Positions 9,603 through 19,288 of a stretch of DNA of 64,000 bases are shown one piece after another (position 1 is the stretch's first letter; the number at the start of each line of letters is the position of its first letter). The notes under the pieces were generated by a model. The model did not search any database and was not told where the DNA came from. It saw only the letters and a list, made by a program, of their open reading frames with translations. This stretch comes from an uncultured Candidatus Rokubacteria bacterium (GTDB taxonomy: Bacteria; Methylomirabilota; Methylomirabilia; Rokubacteriales; DASRDR01). Position numbers and translations under genes: made by a program. Location: the NCBI GenBank assembly GCA_963805625.1, contig CAWDVE010000012.1, positions 32,001-96,000 on the forward strand, written 5' to 3'.

Positions 9603-10885
9603 TGCCCGGGCCGGCGGTCGAGCTCGAGCACGTCTCGAAGGCGTACAAGATCTACGCCCACCCCCGGCACCGCCTCCTCGAGGCGCTCACGCGGGGCCGG
9701 CGCCGGTACCACTCGGACTTCTGGGCGCTCCGGGACGTGACGGTCCAGGTGAACCGGGGCTCCACGCTCGGCATCATCGGGATGAACGGCTCGGGCAAGA
9801 GCACGCTGCTCCAGGTAGCAGCGGGGATCGTACAGCCCACCCAGGGCCGGGTGGCCGTCCAGGGGCGCGTCGCGTCGCTCCTGGAGCTGGGCGCCGGCTT
9901 CAATCCGGAGTTCACCGGCCGCGAGAACGTCCTCATGCACGGGGCGGTGCTCGGCTTCAGCCGCGAGGAGATGACCCGGCGGCTGCCCGCCATCCAGGCC
10001 TTCGCCGAGATCGGCCCGTTCTTCGACCAACCGGTCAAGACGTACTCGAGCGGCATGTTCGTGCGGCTCGCCTTCGCGGGCGCGATCCACATCGACCCCG
10101 ACGTCCTCCTCGTCGACGAGGCGCTGGCCGTGGGCGACGCGGTCTTCCAGCACCGGTGCATCCGCCGCATCCGGGAGTTCCAGGAGCAGGGCAAGACGAT
10201 CCTGTTCGTGAGCCACGACATGGCGATGGTCAAGGCCGTCTGCTCGCGGGCGGTCTTCCTCGACGCCGGCCGGGTGCAGGCCGACGGGGAGCCCGGCGAG
10301 ATCGCCCAGCTCTACCACGCCCACGTGGCCGGCCTCGAGGCCCGGCGGCGCGAGCTCGCGCCGGCCGCCGGCCAGGCGCCGGCGGGCGGGCGACCGGCGG
10401 CCTTCCGGGCCGACCCGGCCTTCGACCAGCGGGTCGGGCTGTTCCGCCACGGCACCGGTGCCGCCCGCATCCGGAACGTCGAGGTGCTCGACGAGGAGGG
10501 GCGCCCCATCGCGGCGGCCGAGTTCGACCAGCCGGTCACGCTGCGCGTGCACCTCGAGTTCCACGCCGAAACGCCTTACAGCATCCTGGGATACTATCTG
10601 CGCGACAAGACCGGCACCGACGTGGTGGGAACGAACACCTACGAGGAGAACGTGCCGATGCCGACGCGGCAGGCCGGCGATACGCTGGTGGTCGACTTCC
10701 GGCAGCGGTGGCCGCTCATGCCTGGCAGCTACAGCGTGACGGTGGCCCTGGCCTACAATCGCGTCTCCCCCGCCTATTTCGACTGGATCGACAACGCCCT
10801 GGTGGTGGAGGTGCTGCCGCCGCCGGGCGGCAAGGCCATCCACGCGAAGGTTTGGCTGCCGGTCGAGATCGACGTGCACCGCTGA
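9602..10885 (+). CDS. wzt: Polysaccharide ABC exporter ATPase with C-terminal carbohydrate-binding (Wzt_C) domain
   Basis: GMNGSGKSTLL, YSSGMFVRLAF, DEALAVGD and VSHD motifs. TGATG coupling to wzm. Confidence 0.92.
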   Translation: MPGPAVELEHVSKAYKIYAHPRHRLLEALTRGRRRYHSDFWALRDVTVQVNRGSTLGIIGMNGSGKSTLLQVAAGIVQPTQGRVAVQGRVASLLELGAGFNPEFTGRENVLMHGAVLGFSREEMTRRLPAIQAFAEIGPFFDQPVKTYSSGMFVRLAFAGAIHIDPDVLLVDEALAVGDAVFQHRCIRRIREFQEQGKTILFVSHDMAMVKAVCSRAVFLDAGRVQADGEPGEIAQLYHAHVAGLEARRRELAPAAGQAPAGGRPAAFRADPAFDQRVGLFRHGTGAARIRNVEVLDEEGRPIAAAEFDQPVTLRVHLEFHAETPYSILGYYLRDKTGTDVVGTNTYEENVPMPTRQAGDTLVVDFRQRWPLMPGSYSVTVALAYNRVSPAYFDWIDNALVVEVLPPPGGKAIHAKVWLPVEIDVHR

Positions 10886-10889
10886 CGCC

Positions 10890-12038
10890 ATGACGGAGCG
10901 CTACCGGGGCCACCTCGACGACGGCGCGGACAACGCGCACACACGCGTGGTCCGCCTGGTGGGCGAGCGGACGAATGTGCTGGAACTGGGCTGCGCGAGC
11001 GGCTACATGTCCCGGGCGCTCGTCGAGCGACGCGGCTGTCGGGTGACGGGCGTCGAGCGGGACGCCGACGCGGCCGAGTCCGCGCGGAAGGCATGCAGCC
11101 GCGTGATCGTGGCCGACGTCGAGACGCCCGATTGGTCGGCCGAGCTCGGCGGTGAGCGCTTCGACGTGGCCGTTTGCGCGGACGTTCTGGAGCACCTCCG
11201 CGACCCTGTCGCGCTGCTCCGCCGTCTGCGGGAGCACCTGGCCCCGGCCGGCTACGTCGTGGCGTCGATCCCCAACGTCGCGCACGCGGCGGTCCTCGCC
11301 GAGCTCCTGCAAGGCCGCTTCCCGTACCGGCCCATCGGACTCCTGGACGAGACGCACCTCCGGTTCTTCACCCGCGAGAGCGTCTTCGAGTGCTTCGAGC
11401 GGGCCGGCTTCGTCGTCGCTCACCTGGAGCGCGTCCAGGTCGAGCCCGAGGCGACCGAGTTCAGGACCGACCCGGCGCGACTTCCGCCGGAGGTGTGGCG
11501 GGCCATCCGCGCCGGCGAAGAGAGCACGACCTACCAGTTCGTGCTCACCGCCCGTCCAGCCGGGGACGGCGGCGGCACGATCCCGATCCGCGAGGCGCTC
11601 GCCGACGCCGGGTTGACCATGAGGGCCCGCGGCGGCCCGCTCGCGCCGGGGACCGCGGACGAGGCGGCCTACTGGCGCTGCCGGGTCGACGGCCTGATCG
11701 AGGCTCTGCTGGGTCGGCTCCGGTTCCTCGAGGCGGACCGCGACCGGCGCACCGTGGAGCTGGAGGAGCAGCGCGCGCAGATGGTCCATCACGAGACCCA
11801 CGCCCGCCTCCTCGAGACCCACGCCCGCCTCCTCCAGGACGAGATCGACCGCCGCGACGCGCGCGACGACGCGCGGCTCGAAGAGATCCGGCTCCTCGAG
11901 GCCCAGCTGGCGGAGGTGAAGTCCGGCGCCGGCTGGCGGTTCCTCGAGCGGGTCCGCCGGATCCGGGCCGCCAGCGCCCCGCCGGGCACCTGGCGGGAGC
12001 GCCTCTACGTGCGCTTGGTGGGGGGCGGCCGTCCGTGA
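10890..12038 (+). CDS. Class I SAM methyltransferase with C-terminal coiled coil (possible glycan chain-capping enzyme)
   Basis: VLELGCASG, DVLEHL and GLLDETHLRFFT motifs, followed by a heptad-rich tail and W-R-F-L amphipathic end. Confidence 0.75.
   Translation: MTERYRGHLDDGADNAHTRVVRLVGERTNVLELGCASGYMSRALVERRGCRVTGVERDADAAESARKACSRVIVADVETPDWSAELGGERFDVAVCADVLEHLRDPVALLRRLREHLAPAGYVVASIPNVAHAAVLAELLQGRFPYRPIGLLDETHLRFFTRESVFECFERAGFVVAHLERVQVEPEATEFRTDPARLPPEVWRAIRAGEESTTYQFVLTARPAGDGGGTIPIREALADAGLTMRARGGPLAPGTADEAAYWRCRVDGLIEALLGRLRFLEADRDRRTVELEEQRAQMVHHETHARLLETHARLLQDEIDRRDARDDARLEEIRLLEAQLAEVKSGAGWRFLERVRRIRAASAPPGTWRERLYVRLVGGGRP
11792..11833 (+). repeat. Exact 21-bp tandem duplication (ETHARLL x2)
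   Basis: cgagacccacgcccgcctcct occurs twice in tandem. Confidence 0.9.
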
Positions 12039-12787
12039 TGGAGCGGGCCGAGCCGACGGCCGGCGAGCGCGCGGCGCGCGAGGTCGCGCACTGGCGCCGC
12101 GTCGCCGAGCGAGCCGAGCTGTACTGGGGCTGGGGGACGCCGGCCGGCCAGCGGCGCGCGGCGCGCCGGGTGCGCTTCCTGCTAGAGCGGGCGGCCATCA
12201 CCCCGAGCTCCCACTGCCTCGAAGTAGGCTGCGGCACCGGGCTCTTCACCGAGGCGCTGGCCGCGACGGGCGCCCGGATCGACGCCCTGGACCTCTCGTC
12301 CGACCTGCTTGCCCGGGCCCGGCGCCGGGTCGACCGTCCGAACGTCGCCTTCGTTCTCGGCAACGCGGAGACCGGAGAGGGGTTCCGCGGCCCCTACGAC
12401 GCCGTCGTCGGGATCAGCGTCCTCCACCACCTGGACCTTTCGGCGGCGCTCCCGGCGCTGACCCGCGTGCTCCGGCCGGGCGGGCGGTTCGTCTTCAGCG
12501 AGCCGAACATGCGCAACCCGCAGGTCTGGCTCCAGAAGCGCGTCGGCTGGGTCAAGCGGCTGGCGGGGGACTCGCCCGACGAGACTGCCTTCTACCGCGG
12601 CGAGCTCGCAGCCCTGCTCGAGCGCCACGGCCTCTCGCGCGTGGAGGTCGTGGCCTTCGACTGGCTCCATCCCTCGACACCGCGGCCGCTGATCCCGCTG
12701 ATGGAGGGTCTCGGCCGCGCGCTGGAGCGGGTGCCCGGCCTCCGCCAGTTCGCGGGCAGCCTGGCCCTCAGCGCGGTCAAACAGTAG
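12038..12787 (+). CDS. Class I SAM methyltransferase
   Basis: CLEVGCGTG, SVLHH and LRPGG motifs. TGATG-coupled to the upstream gene. Confidence 0.85.
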   Translation: MERAEPTAGERAAREVAHWRRVAERAELYWGWGTPAGQRRAARRVRFLLERAAITPSSHCLEVGCGTGLFTEALAATGARIDALDLSSDLLARARRRVDRPNVAFVLGNAETGEGFRGPYDAVVGISVLHHLDLSAALPALTRVLRPGGRFVFSEPNMRNPQVWLQKRVGWVKRLAGDSPDETAFYRGELAALLERHGLSRVEVVAFDWLHPSTPRPLIPLMEGLGRALERVPGLRQFAGSLALSAVKQ

Positions 12788-12832
12788 GTCGTCGGCCCGC
12801 TTCGCCTACGACCCCGCCCTTCGTCGGCGGCG

Positions 12833-14500
12833 TCAACGTCGGCGCCGAGTGACGGCGCCGAGACGCGAGCGCACCCGCGGCCACAGCTCCCCCCAGCCGC
12901 CCGCCCAGTAGAGGTAGGCCGCGCGCTGGGTGAGGCTCTTCTGCGGGTTCCGGACGTCGGCGACCGGCCGGGCGCAGTACGTCCGGAGCGCGAGACTGCC
13001 CGCGGCTCGGCGGTCGCCCAGGCTTAACGCGCCGAACTCCCGCGCGGTCGCCGCGCTGGCCCACGCGGTGACGGCATTGCCGGCCGACCCGCCCGGCGCC
13101 TCCAAGGACAGCAGGTAGCGCCGACCGCCGGAGCCCGCGATCGGCTCGAACTCGAAGCGGCGGAAGGCGTTGTCCACGACGTCCGCGGCGTCGAAGCGCT
13201 GGACGACCACCGCCCGGCCCGATTGTGCCTCGGTGAGGCGGAGGATCACCTCGCCCGTGTTCACCCGCCCGAAAGTCGCGAACTGAACCTCGACGGCCGA
13301 GAGATGGTCCCGCCGCGGGCGGAAGGGCTGCCGGAGCACGGCGCCGGCCACCAGCTCGCCCACCGGCACCTGTCCGAGGGGCTGGGCGACATCAGGCTCG
13401 GGGCGCAGCTGGAAGCGGGGCAGCGTCGCCTGCTTCTGCCCGATGAAGGTGACGTATTCGGCGCCGTCCGGATAGGCCTCGCGCCACGCGTGGTAGAGCA
13501 GGCCGACGATCTCCTGCGCGTGCTCGAATGCCGCCGGCGCTTTTCCCTGGTGGAGCCAGTACGCGGTGCTCAGCATGTCGAGGAACGTATATCGCGTGTC
13601 GAGGTACCGGATGTGGAGGAACCGCTGCGCCTGGAGGAGAGTCTCCCCGAGGCTCACGTCCTCGTGCGCCGACCCGCCCGTGGGGAACCCGGCCATCACA
13701 TCGGGATCGCTCACCCGGTGCTTCGGGACCACCTGGGTCTCGACCCAGCGCCCGAGCGACGCGGCCAGCCGATCGGCCTGGTCGTTCCGCTGGTGGTGGT
13801 CGTCGACCGCGAGGCAGCCCCCGACCTTCAGCACCCGGTAGACCTCCTCCATGCGTCGAGCCAGCTCCGGGATGTGGTGCAGGCTGTGGAGGGCGTATGC
13901 CACGTCGAAGGCCTCGTCGCGGAACCGGACGAACCCGAGCCCGGCGCAGAGATACTCGACGAAGACGCCGGCCCCGATCGCGTAGCGCTTCGCCAGCCGG
14001 ATCACATCGAGCGACGGGTCGAACGCGACCACCTCGAAGCCGCGCCGGGCGAGGTAGAGTGACGACCAGCCGGCGCCGCAGCCGATGTCCAGCACGGTCC
14101 GACAGTCCCGGATCAGCGGATGGTCGGCCATGAAGGAGTGCGGGCCCTGGCGCTCGCCCGGCGGCTGGGGCGAGGTCTCGAACACCCCGTGGGCGAGGAA
14201 GGGGGGGAATCCGTCGCGCAGGTCGAAGTGGCCGCGGAGCCCCTGGCCGAGCGCAAAGCGGTAGAAGCTCCCCCAGTAGCGGCCGTCGGCCTTCACGCCC
14301 TCGGGCATGAGGGCGTTGTAGGAGAGAACGTAGTCCTCGATCGGCAGCGCGAGACCGCACCGGCACTCGACGGCCCCCGCCTTCACCTCCTCGACGGGTC
14401 CGGCGGCGTAGCCGACCCGCTCGACCTCCCGAGCGGCGAGCCCGAGGTCGTCGGCGCCGCAGCGGGGACACCGGAGGACGCTCAAGAGTTCCCGGCGCAT
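12833..14500 (-). CDS. SAM methyltransferase with Trm112-like N-terminal Cys motif and C-terminal beta domain
   Basis: LRCPRCG...CRCG, VLDIGCGAGW, SLHH and LKVGG motifs. Confidence 0.75.
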   Translation of the reverse strand: MRRELLSVLRCPRCGADDLGLAAREVERVGYAAGPVEEVKAGAVECRCGLALPIEDYVLSYNALMPEGVKADGRYWGSFYRFALGQGLRGHFDLRDGFPPFLAHGVFETSPQPPGERQGPHSFMADHPLIRDCRTVLDIGCGAGWSSLYLARRGFEVVAFDPSLDVIRLAKRYAIGAGVFVEYLCAGLGFVRFRDEAFDVAYALHSLHHIPELARRMEEVYRVLKVGGCLAVDDHHQRNDQADRLAASLGRWVETQVVPKHRVSDPDVMAGFPTGGSAHEDVSLGETLLQAQRFLHIRYLDTRYTFLDMLSTAYWLHQGKAPAAFEHAQEIVGLLYHAWREAYPDGAEYVTFIGQKQATLPRFQLRPEPDVAQPLGQVPVGELVAGAVLRQPFRPRRDHLSAVEVQFATFGRVNTGEVILRLTEAQSGRAVVVQRFDAADVVDNAFRRFEFEPIAGSGGRRYLLSLEAPGGSAGNAVTAWASAATAREFGALSLGDRRAAGSLALRTYCARPVADVRNPQKSLTQRAAYLYWAGGWGELWPRVRSRLGAVTRRRR

Positions 14501-14504
14501 GGCG

Positions 14505-15695
14505 CTACAGCTCCACCTTGTTGACGAAGTCGAGAACGAAGGCCGGCTCGCCCCGCAAGATCTCCCCCACCCGACGCGCCCGCGTGTCGGGCTCGAAGCG
14601 GAGCTTGCTCGCGCACAGGGCCTGGAGCGCTTGGGCGATCTCGCCGGGCCGGCGGTCCCCCGTCACGACCCAGAGCCGGCGGTACATCGCCTCCAGCGTG
14701 TCGAGGGTGTAAAGGGGGGCGTAGCGCACCGGGTCGAAGTGCGACAACTCCCCCACCGAGAAGCGGAGGATCACGCCGTCGCCGACGACGCGCCGGCGCT
14801 GGAGCCGGCGCCGGGCGCCCCAGAAGCGGGGCAGCTCGAGCCACGCCCGGGCCATCGCCCGCACGCCGGTGGTCCAGAACGGCTGGCGGCGGAGCGCCTT
14901 GGCGAGGTGCGTGAGGGTCCGGCGGGCGAGGACGCGGAGGGCCCGGCGCGTCTCAAAGTTCTTCACGATCGTCCGCAGGAGGTTCCGCTCGATCAGGTAG
15001 TACTTGAACGAGTAGTCGAGGTGGCGGACCGACGCCGAGTGGACGTGGGCGACGACGGCCCGGGGCGCGGTGCGGAAGTGCCAGCCGAGCATATCGGCGC
15101 GGTAGCACCAGTCCACGTCCTCGTAGTACATGAAGTAGCGCTCGTCGAGGGGTCCGACCGCGTCCTCCGCGAAGGCCGCCTTCCGGAACAGCGCGGCGGC
15201 GAAGCAGGCGCCGAATACCCGCTCGCTGACGTCGTACTGGCCGACGTCGAGCTGGCCGATCCCCATGTTGTACGCGGCGCCGGCCCCGTTGATGAGGGTC
15301 CCGACGTTGTCGATGAGGTGGCGGTCGTGCATGAACACCGTCTTGGGCGCCACCCCGGCGGTCCGCTCGTCCTGCCGGAGGACCTTGAGCAGCTCGGCGA
15401 CGCAGGTGGGCTCCAGGTCGACGTCGAAGTTCAGCAGCAGGACCAGCTCGCCCCGGGCCGCCTGGATCCCCCGGTTCATCCCGCCCGCGAAGCCGTAGTT
15501 GCGATCGAGCCGCACGAGCCGCACGTCGGGGTGGGCGGCCGTCACCGCCTCGAGCGACCCCGGCCGGGACCCGTTGTCGACGAGGAGGATCTCGAGACGG
15601 CCGTACGTCTGGGTGGCTAGCGAGCCCACGCAGCGTCCGAGGGTCTCGGCCTCGGCGTGGTAGTTCAGCACGATGGCGGAGATCAGCGGATCCAC
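14505..15695 (-). CDS. Glycosyltransferase family 2
   Basis: ISAIVLNY, VDNGS, NYGFAGGMN, LNFD and FMYYEDVDW motifs. GTG start inferred. Confidence 0.9.
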   Translation of the reverse strand: MDPLISAIVLNYHAEAETLGRCVGSLATQTYGRLEILLVDNGSRPGSLEAVTAAHPDVRLVRLDRNYGFAGGMNRGIQAARGELVLLLNFDVDLEPTCVAELLKVLRQDERTAGVAPKTVFMHDRHLIDNVGTLINGAGAAYNMGIGQLDVGQYDVSERVFGACFAAALFRKAAFAEDAVGPLDERYFMYYEDVDWCYRADMLGWHFRTAPRAVVAHVHSASVRHLDYSFKYYLIERNLLRTIVKNFETRRALRVLARRTLTHLAKALRRQPFWTTGVRAMARAWLELPRFWGARRRLQRRRVVGDGVILRFSVGELSHFDPVRYAPLYTLDTLEAMYRRLWVVTGDRRPGEIAQALQALCASKLRFEPDTRARRVGEILRGEPAFVLDFVNKVEL

Positions 15696-16861
15696 CCGGC
15701 CTCCCGCGCCACCTCGCCGATCACCTGGTCGTAGCCCGCCACGGCGCGCTCCCACGAGAACCGCGCCGCCCAGGCGCGGGCCCGCTCACCCATCTCCCGC
15801 CGGAGGGCCTCGTCGCGCACCAGGCGGCGGGCGGCCGCCTCGAAGGCGGTCATGTCGCGGACGAGGAAGGCCGTCTCCCCGTCGCGCACCACCTCGGGGT
15901 GCGCCCCCGCGTCGAGCGCGACCGCCGGCTTGCCGAAGCGCTGGGCCTCGACCAGCGGCATGTCGAAACCTTCCCAGGAGGACGCGGTCACGTAGACGTC
16001 GGCGGCGCTGTAGATCGCGCCCATCGCCTCGAGGGGCGCGGACAGCCAGCAGCGGAAACCGTGGGAGGCCAGCCACGCCTCGTCCTCGCGGTCGCCGAAG
16101 CCCACGGCCAGGAGCTGCACGCGCTCCCCGGAGGCGCGAAGCCGCTCGACGCACTCCACGAGCTGGGCCGTCCCCTTGTAGGGCTGCCGCCGGGGGTTGA
16201 TGCGCCCCACGTAGAGGAGGAGCACCTCGTCCTTCGCCACGCCGATCTTCTCCCGCACCGCCGCCCGCGCCTCGTCGGCGTCGCCGCTGACCGCGTAGTG
16301 GTCGGTCCCCGGATGGATCACCCGGGCCCGGCGCCGGAGGAAGAACGGCAGCCGGTCTCGGAGGTAGTGCGAGATCGTGACGACGCGGCGGGCCAGCGGG
16401 AAGTAGCCGTAGTGCTGGGCGAGATGGACGTACAGGAACTCGGCCTTCAGCCAGAGCGGGAAGCCGACCGTCGAGCAGACGCCATACTCCACGACGAGGA
16501 ACGGCCTCCGGAGGAACGGGCCCAGCGCGAAGAACGGGAACGTCTGGATGACGAACAGGTCCACGTCGGCCCCGCGCAGGAGCGGGAGCTTACGGAGGGC
16601 GTTCCGCTCGTAGAAGGGGAAGATCGGCGTCGCCGGGATGGCGAGCGGGACGATCCGGTACGGTCCGCCGTCGAACGTCCCGTCCGACCGCGAGGTGAAG
16701 ACCGTCACCTGGTGGCCGCGCGCGCTGAGCCCCTCGGCCGTCTTGTGGACGACGAGGTCCACGCCGAAGCCGAGGAGCATCCGCTCGGTGAGGAAGCCGA
16801 TCCGGAGGGGAGGCGTCGCGGAGGCCGTCACTGGCCGCAAGACACGCGCAGTATACCCCAA
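15683..16861 (-). CDS. Glycosyltransferase family 4
   Basis: YVGRI...YKG and WEGFDMPLVEA (EX7E) motifs. Confidence 0.88.
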   Translation of the reverse strand: MGYTARVLRPVTASATPPLRIGFLTERMLLGFGVDLVVHKTAEGLSARGHQVTVFTSRSDGTFDGGPYRIVPLAIPATPIFPFYERNALRKLPLLRGADVDLFVIQTFPFFALGPFLRRPFLVVEYGVCSTVGFPLWLKAEFLYVHLAQHYGYFPLARRVVTISHYLRDRLPFFLRRRARVIHPGTDHYAVSGDADEARAAVREKIGVAKDEVLLLYVGRINPRRQPYKGTAQLVECVERLRASGERVQLLAVGFGDREDEAWLASHGFRCWLSAPLEAMGAIYSAADVYVTASSWEGFDMPLVEAQRFGKPAVALDAGAHPEVVRDGETAFLVRDMTAFEAAARRLVRDEALRREMGERARAWAARFSWERAVAGYDQVIGEVAREAGWIR

Positions 16862-16916
16862 TCCCCCGGGCCTCCAGCCCGGTCGGGACCGCTCGGCGGT
16901 CGCCCCGGAGCGACCG

Positions 16917-17456
16917 TCAGGGCGCGGGCTGGGGCTCGGACGCCGGCGGCACGTACGCCGGGGGTGTGGCCGGCGGGATGTACACCGGCGGCCTCGCCGG
17001 TGGCACGTATACCGGGGGCGTGGCCGGCGGGATGTACACGGGCGCCGTCGCGGGCGGCACGTAGACCGGCTCGGTCGCGTTCGTCCCCTCGGCCGGAGCG
17101 GCCAGCGCGGCCGGGGAGGGCGGCGCGTCGCTCCCGCGCTCGACGACGATCACGCGGCGGGCGACGCCCGTGGACTCGAAGACGAGGGCGTAGCCGCCCA
17201 GCTCGAGCGTCTGGAGGAACCGGCGCAGGAACTGCTCGAACGGCAGCCGCTCGACGCGGAGCGTGACCGTCCGGTCCCGGGCGGGCGCCGGCAGCACGAT
17301 GTCCACGCCGGCTGCGCGGCGGATCGCCTCCACGGCGGCCGGCACGGGCGTCGCCTCGAACGTCGCGGACACGAGCTCGCCGTCGACCTCCACGGTCGCC
17401 CGCGCCCCCGGCGGCGCGGCGAGCAGGAGGGCGCCGACGATCAGCCAGACCCGCAT
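16917..17456 (-). CDS. Secreted protein with secretin/STN-like N-domain and Pro/Tyr-rich repeat tail
   Basis: Signal peptide, then an N0/STN-like segment (AVEAIRRAAGVDIV...VTLRVERLPFEQFLRRFL) and five VY(V/I)PPAxxP repeats. Confidence 0.55.
   Translation of the reverse strand: MRVWLIVGALLLAAPPGARATVEVDGELVSATFEATPVPAAVEAIRRAAGVDIVLPAPARDRTVTLRVERLPFEQFLRRFLQTLELGGYALVFESTGVARRVIVVERGSDAPPSPAALAAPAEGTNATEPVYVPPATAPVYIPPATPPVYVPPARPPVYIPPATPPAYVPPASEPQPAP
16930..17066 (-). repeat. Degenerate 27-bp tandem repeat x5 encoding VY(V/I)PPA(T/R/S)xP
   Basis: VYVPPATAP VYIPPATPP VYVPPARPP VYIPPATPP AYVPPASEP. Boundaries approximate. Confidence 0.8.
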
Positions 17457-17475
17457 GACCCCAGGATACTCCCTC

Positions 17476-19113
17476 TCAGTACGCCAGGAAGCCTGGACCC
17501 GTCGGCTCGCCCGAGATCGTGTAGCCGAGGACGTGCGGGCCCCCGCCCGGCCCGGCGCCGGTGATGATCTCGGCGGCGCCGTCGCCAGTGACGTCCCCGG
17601 CTGCGACGAACACCCCGCCGGTGAAGGCCGGGTCGTACGCGTAGAACTCGGCGAGCGAAGCTAGGCCGCTGCCGGTCCAGGTCAGCGCGCGGACGTGGGG
17701 GCCGCCGCCCCGGCCGGGACCCGTGATGATCTCGGCGGCGCCGTCGCCAGTGACGTCCCCGGCTGCGACGAACACCCCGCCGGTGAAGGCCGGGTCGTAC
17801 GCGTAGAACTCGGCGAGCGAAGCTAGGCCGCTGCCGGTCCAGGTCAGCGCGCGGACGTGGGGGCCGCCGCCGGGGCCGGGGCCGGTGATGACATCGGCCT
17901 GGCCGTCACCGTCGACGTCCCCGACGGCGACGCGGACGCCGCCCGCGAAGGCCGCGGCGTAGGCGAGGAAGTCGAAGACGGGCTCGACGCCGCCCGGGGC
18001 GTTGGGATTGTAGCGGAGGACGCGGACGTGCGGGCCCCCGCCGCGACCCGCGCCGGTGACAATGTTCTTGGCGGTGGGCCCCTCCACGGGTCCGCAGGCG
18101 ACGAAGACGCCGCCGTTGAAGGCGGGGTCGTAGGCGAAGAACTCGGCGAGCGACATCCCGGTAGCCCCGTCGAGCAGCCGCACGTGCGGCCCGCCGCCGG
18201 CCCCGGGGCCGAGGAGCAGGTCGTCGACGCCGTCATTGTTGAAGTCGCACGCCGCCACGCGGACGCCGCCGAGGAAGCCGCTGCTGTAGACGCCCAGGCC
18301 CGCGTCGACGGGCGTGTGCGGGGCCGTCCCCGCGAATCGACGGGCGATTGGCGCGAGGCCCGGGCCGAACCCGGTCAGGATCTGCCGAGCGCCCATGGAC
18401 CCGGTGAAGCCGGCAACGGTGACCCCGCCCAGCAGGGCGCGCGACTCGGTGATCGCCGCGCTCACCGCCGGCTGCCACGCCGCCGCCAGCACCTGGTAGC
18501 CCTGCTGCGTCGGATGCAGGTTGTCCGAGCCGTAGAGCCCCGGATCGTTCAGGGGCGTGAACGTGTTGACGAACCGGACGCCCTCCGCCGCGGCGACCCC
18601 GGGCAGCAGGGCGTTGACCTGGGCGATGATGTCGCGGGCGTCGGGTGCAAAATCACGGTGGTTGGGGATGATGGCGCCGAGGATCGGGATCGAGGAGCTC
18701 ACCTTGGCGAGGCGGATCATGGCCCGCAGGTTCGCGACGATGACGGCGGGCGGCGTGTCGAAGGTCGCGTCGTTGGTGCCTTCCATGATGAGGACGAACC
18801 CCGGGTGATCCTTCGCCAGGACCCCCGCCAGCCGGGCCAGTCCCTCGCTCGTCGTCTCACCGCCCTTGCCGCGGTTCGCGACGACGAAGCCGGGATGGGC
18901 GGGGGCGAGGAGCGCCTGGAGCACGGCGGGGTACGGCTGGGCGGCCATGCCGTCGGCGAGCGTCCCGAGGGTGATGCTGTCCCCGACCGCCACGGCCACG
19001 TTCGGATTGTTCCCGCCGAAATCCGGCGGCAGCCAGAACCCAGCCGCGGCCGCGTCGACCGCCATGCCCACGCCGGCGGCGAGCGCGACGACGGTCAACC
19101 ACCACATCGCCAT
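17476..19113 (-). CDS. Secreted SGNH/GDSL hydrolase fused to FG-GAP-like beta-propeller repeats
   Basis: GDSIT, G-x-GGET, GTND and DNLHP catalytic motifs, followed by repeated GD-x-DGDG..DIITG-x-GPGGGPHV. Confidence 0.88.
   Translation of the reverse strand: MAMWWLTVVALAAGVGMAVDAAAAGFWLPPDFGGNNPNVAVAVGDSITLGTLADGMAAQPYPAVLQALLAPAHPGFVVANRGKGGETTSEGLARLAGVLAKDHPGFVLIMEGTNDATFDTPPAVIVANLRAMIRLAKVSSSIPILGAIIPNHRDFAPDARDIIAQVNALLPGVAAAEGVRFVNTFTPLNDPGLYGSDNLHPTQQGYQVLAAAWQPAVSAAITESRALLGGVTVAGFTGSMGARQILTGFGPGLAPIARRFAGTAPHTPVDAGLGVYSSGFLGGVRVAACDFNNDGVDDLLLGPGAGGGPHVRLLDGATGMSLAEFFAYDPAFNGGVFVACGPVEGPTAKNIVTGAGRGGGPHVRVLRYNPNAPGGVEPVFDFLAYAAAFAGGVRVAVGDVDGDGQADVITGPGPGGGPHVRALTWTGSGLASLAEFYAYDPAFTGGVFVAAGDVTGDGAAEIITGPGRGGGPHVRALTWTGSGLASLAEFYAYDPAFTGGVFVAAGDVTGDGAAEIITGAGPGGGPHVLGYTISGEPTGPGFLAY
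17561..17871. repeat. Nucleotide-identical 149-bp direct repeat (17561-17709 and 17723-17871; 162-bp period)
   Basis: Direct comparison of the two copies. It encodes a duplicated propeller blade. Confidence 0.85.
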
Positions 19114-19288
19114 CCCTCCCGTTCGAGCGCGTGGCTCTTTTCGGCCTCTCGGCCCCAGGCCTTATACCGTAGGAACGCCACGCCGTCCACCCGACCCGTC
19201 CCCGGTGCACCGTCCGGCGTCGTCCGCCGCGGTCACCCCCGGGTTCTTCGCGTACTGAGGCCCGGCAGGCAAGCCATCGCGACCAACA

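Noticed and set aside
8765-10885. 706-aa extended Wzt ORF
   Set aside because: The N-terminal part is an out-of-frame shadow of wzm. The real start is the TGATG-coupled ATG at 9602.
16930-17871. CRISPR array
   Set aside because: The repeats are in-frame coding repeats without unique spacers, and no cas genes are present.
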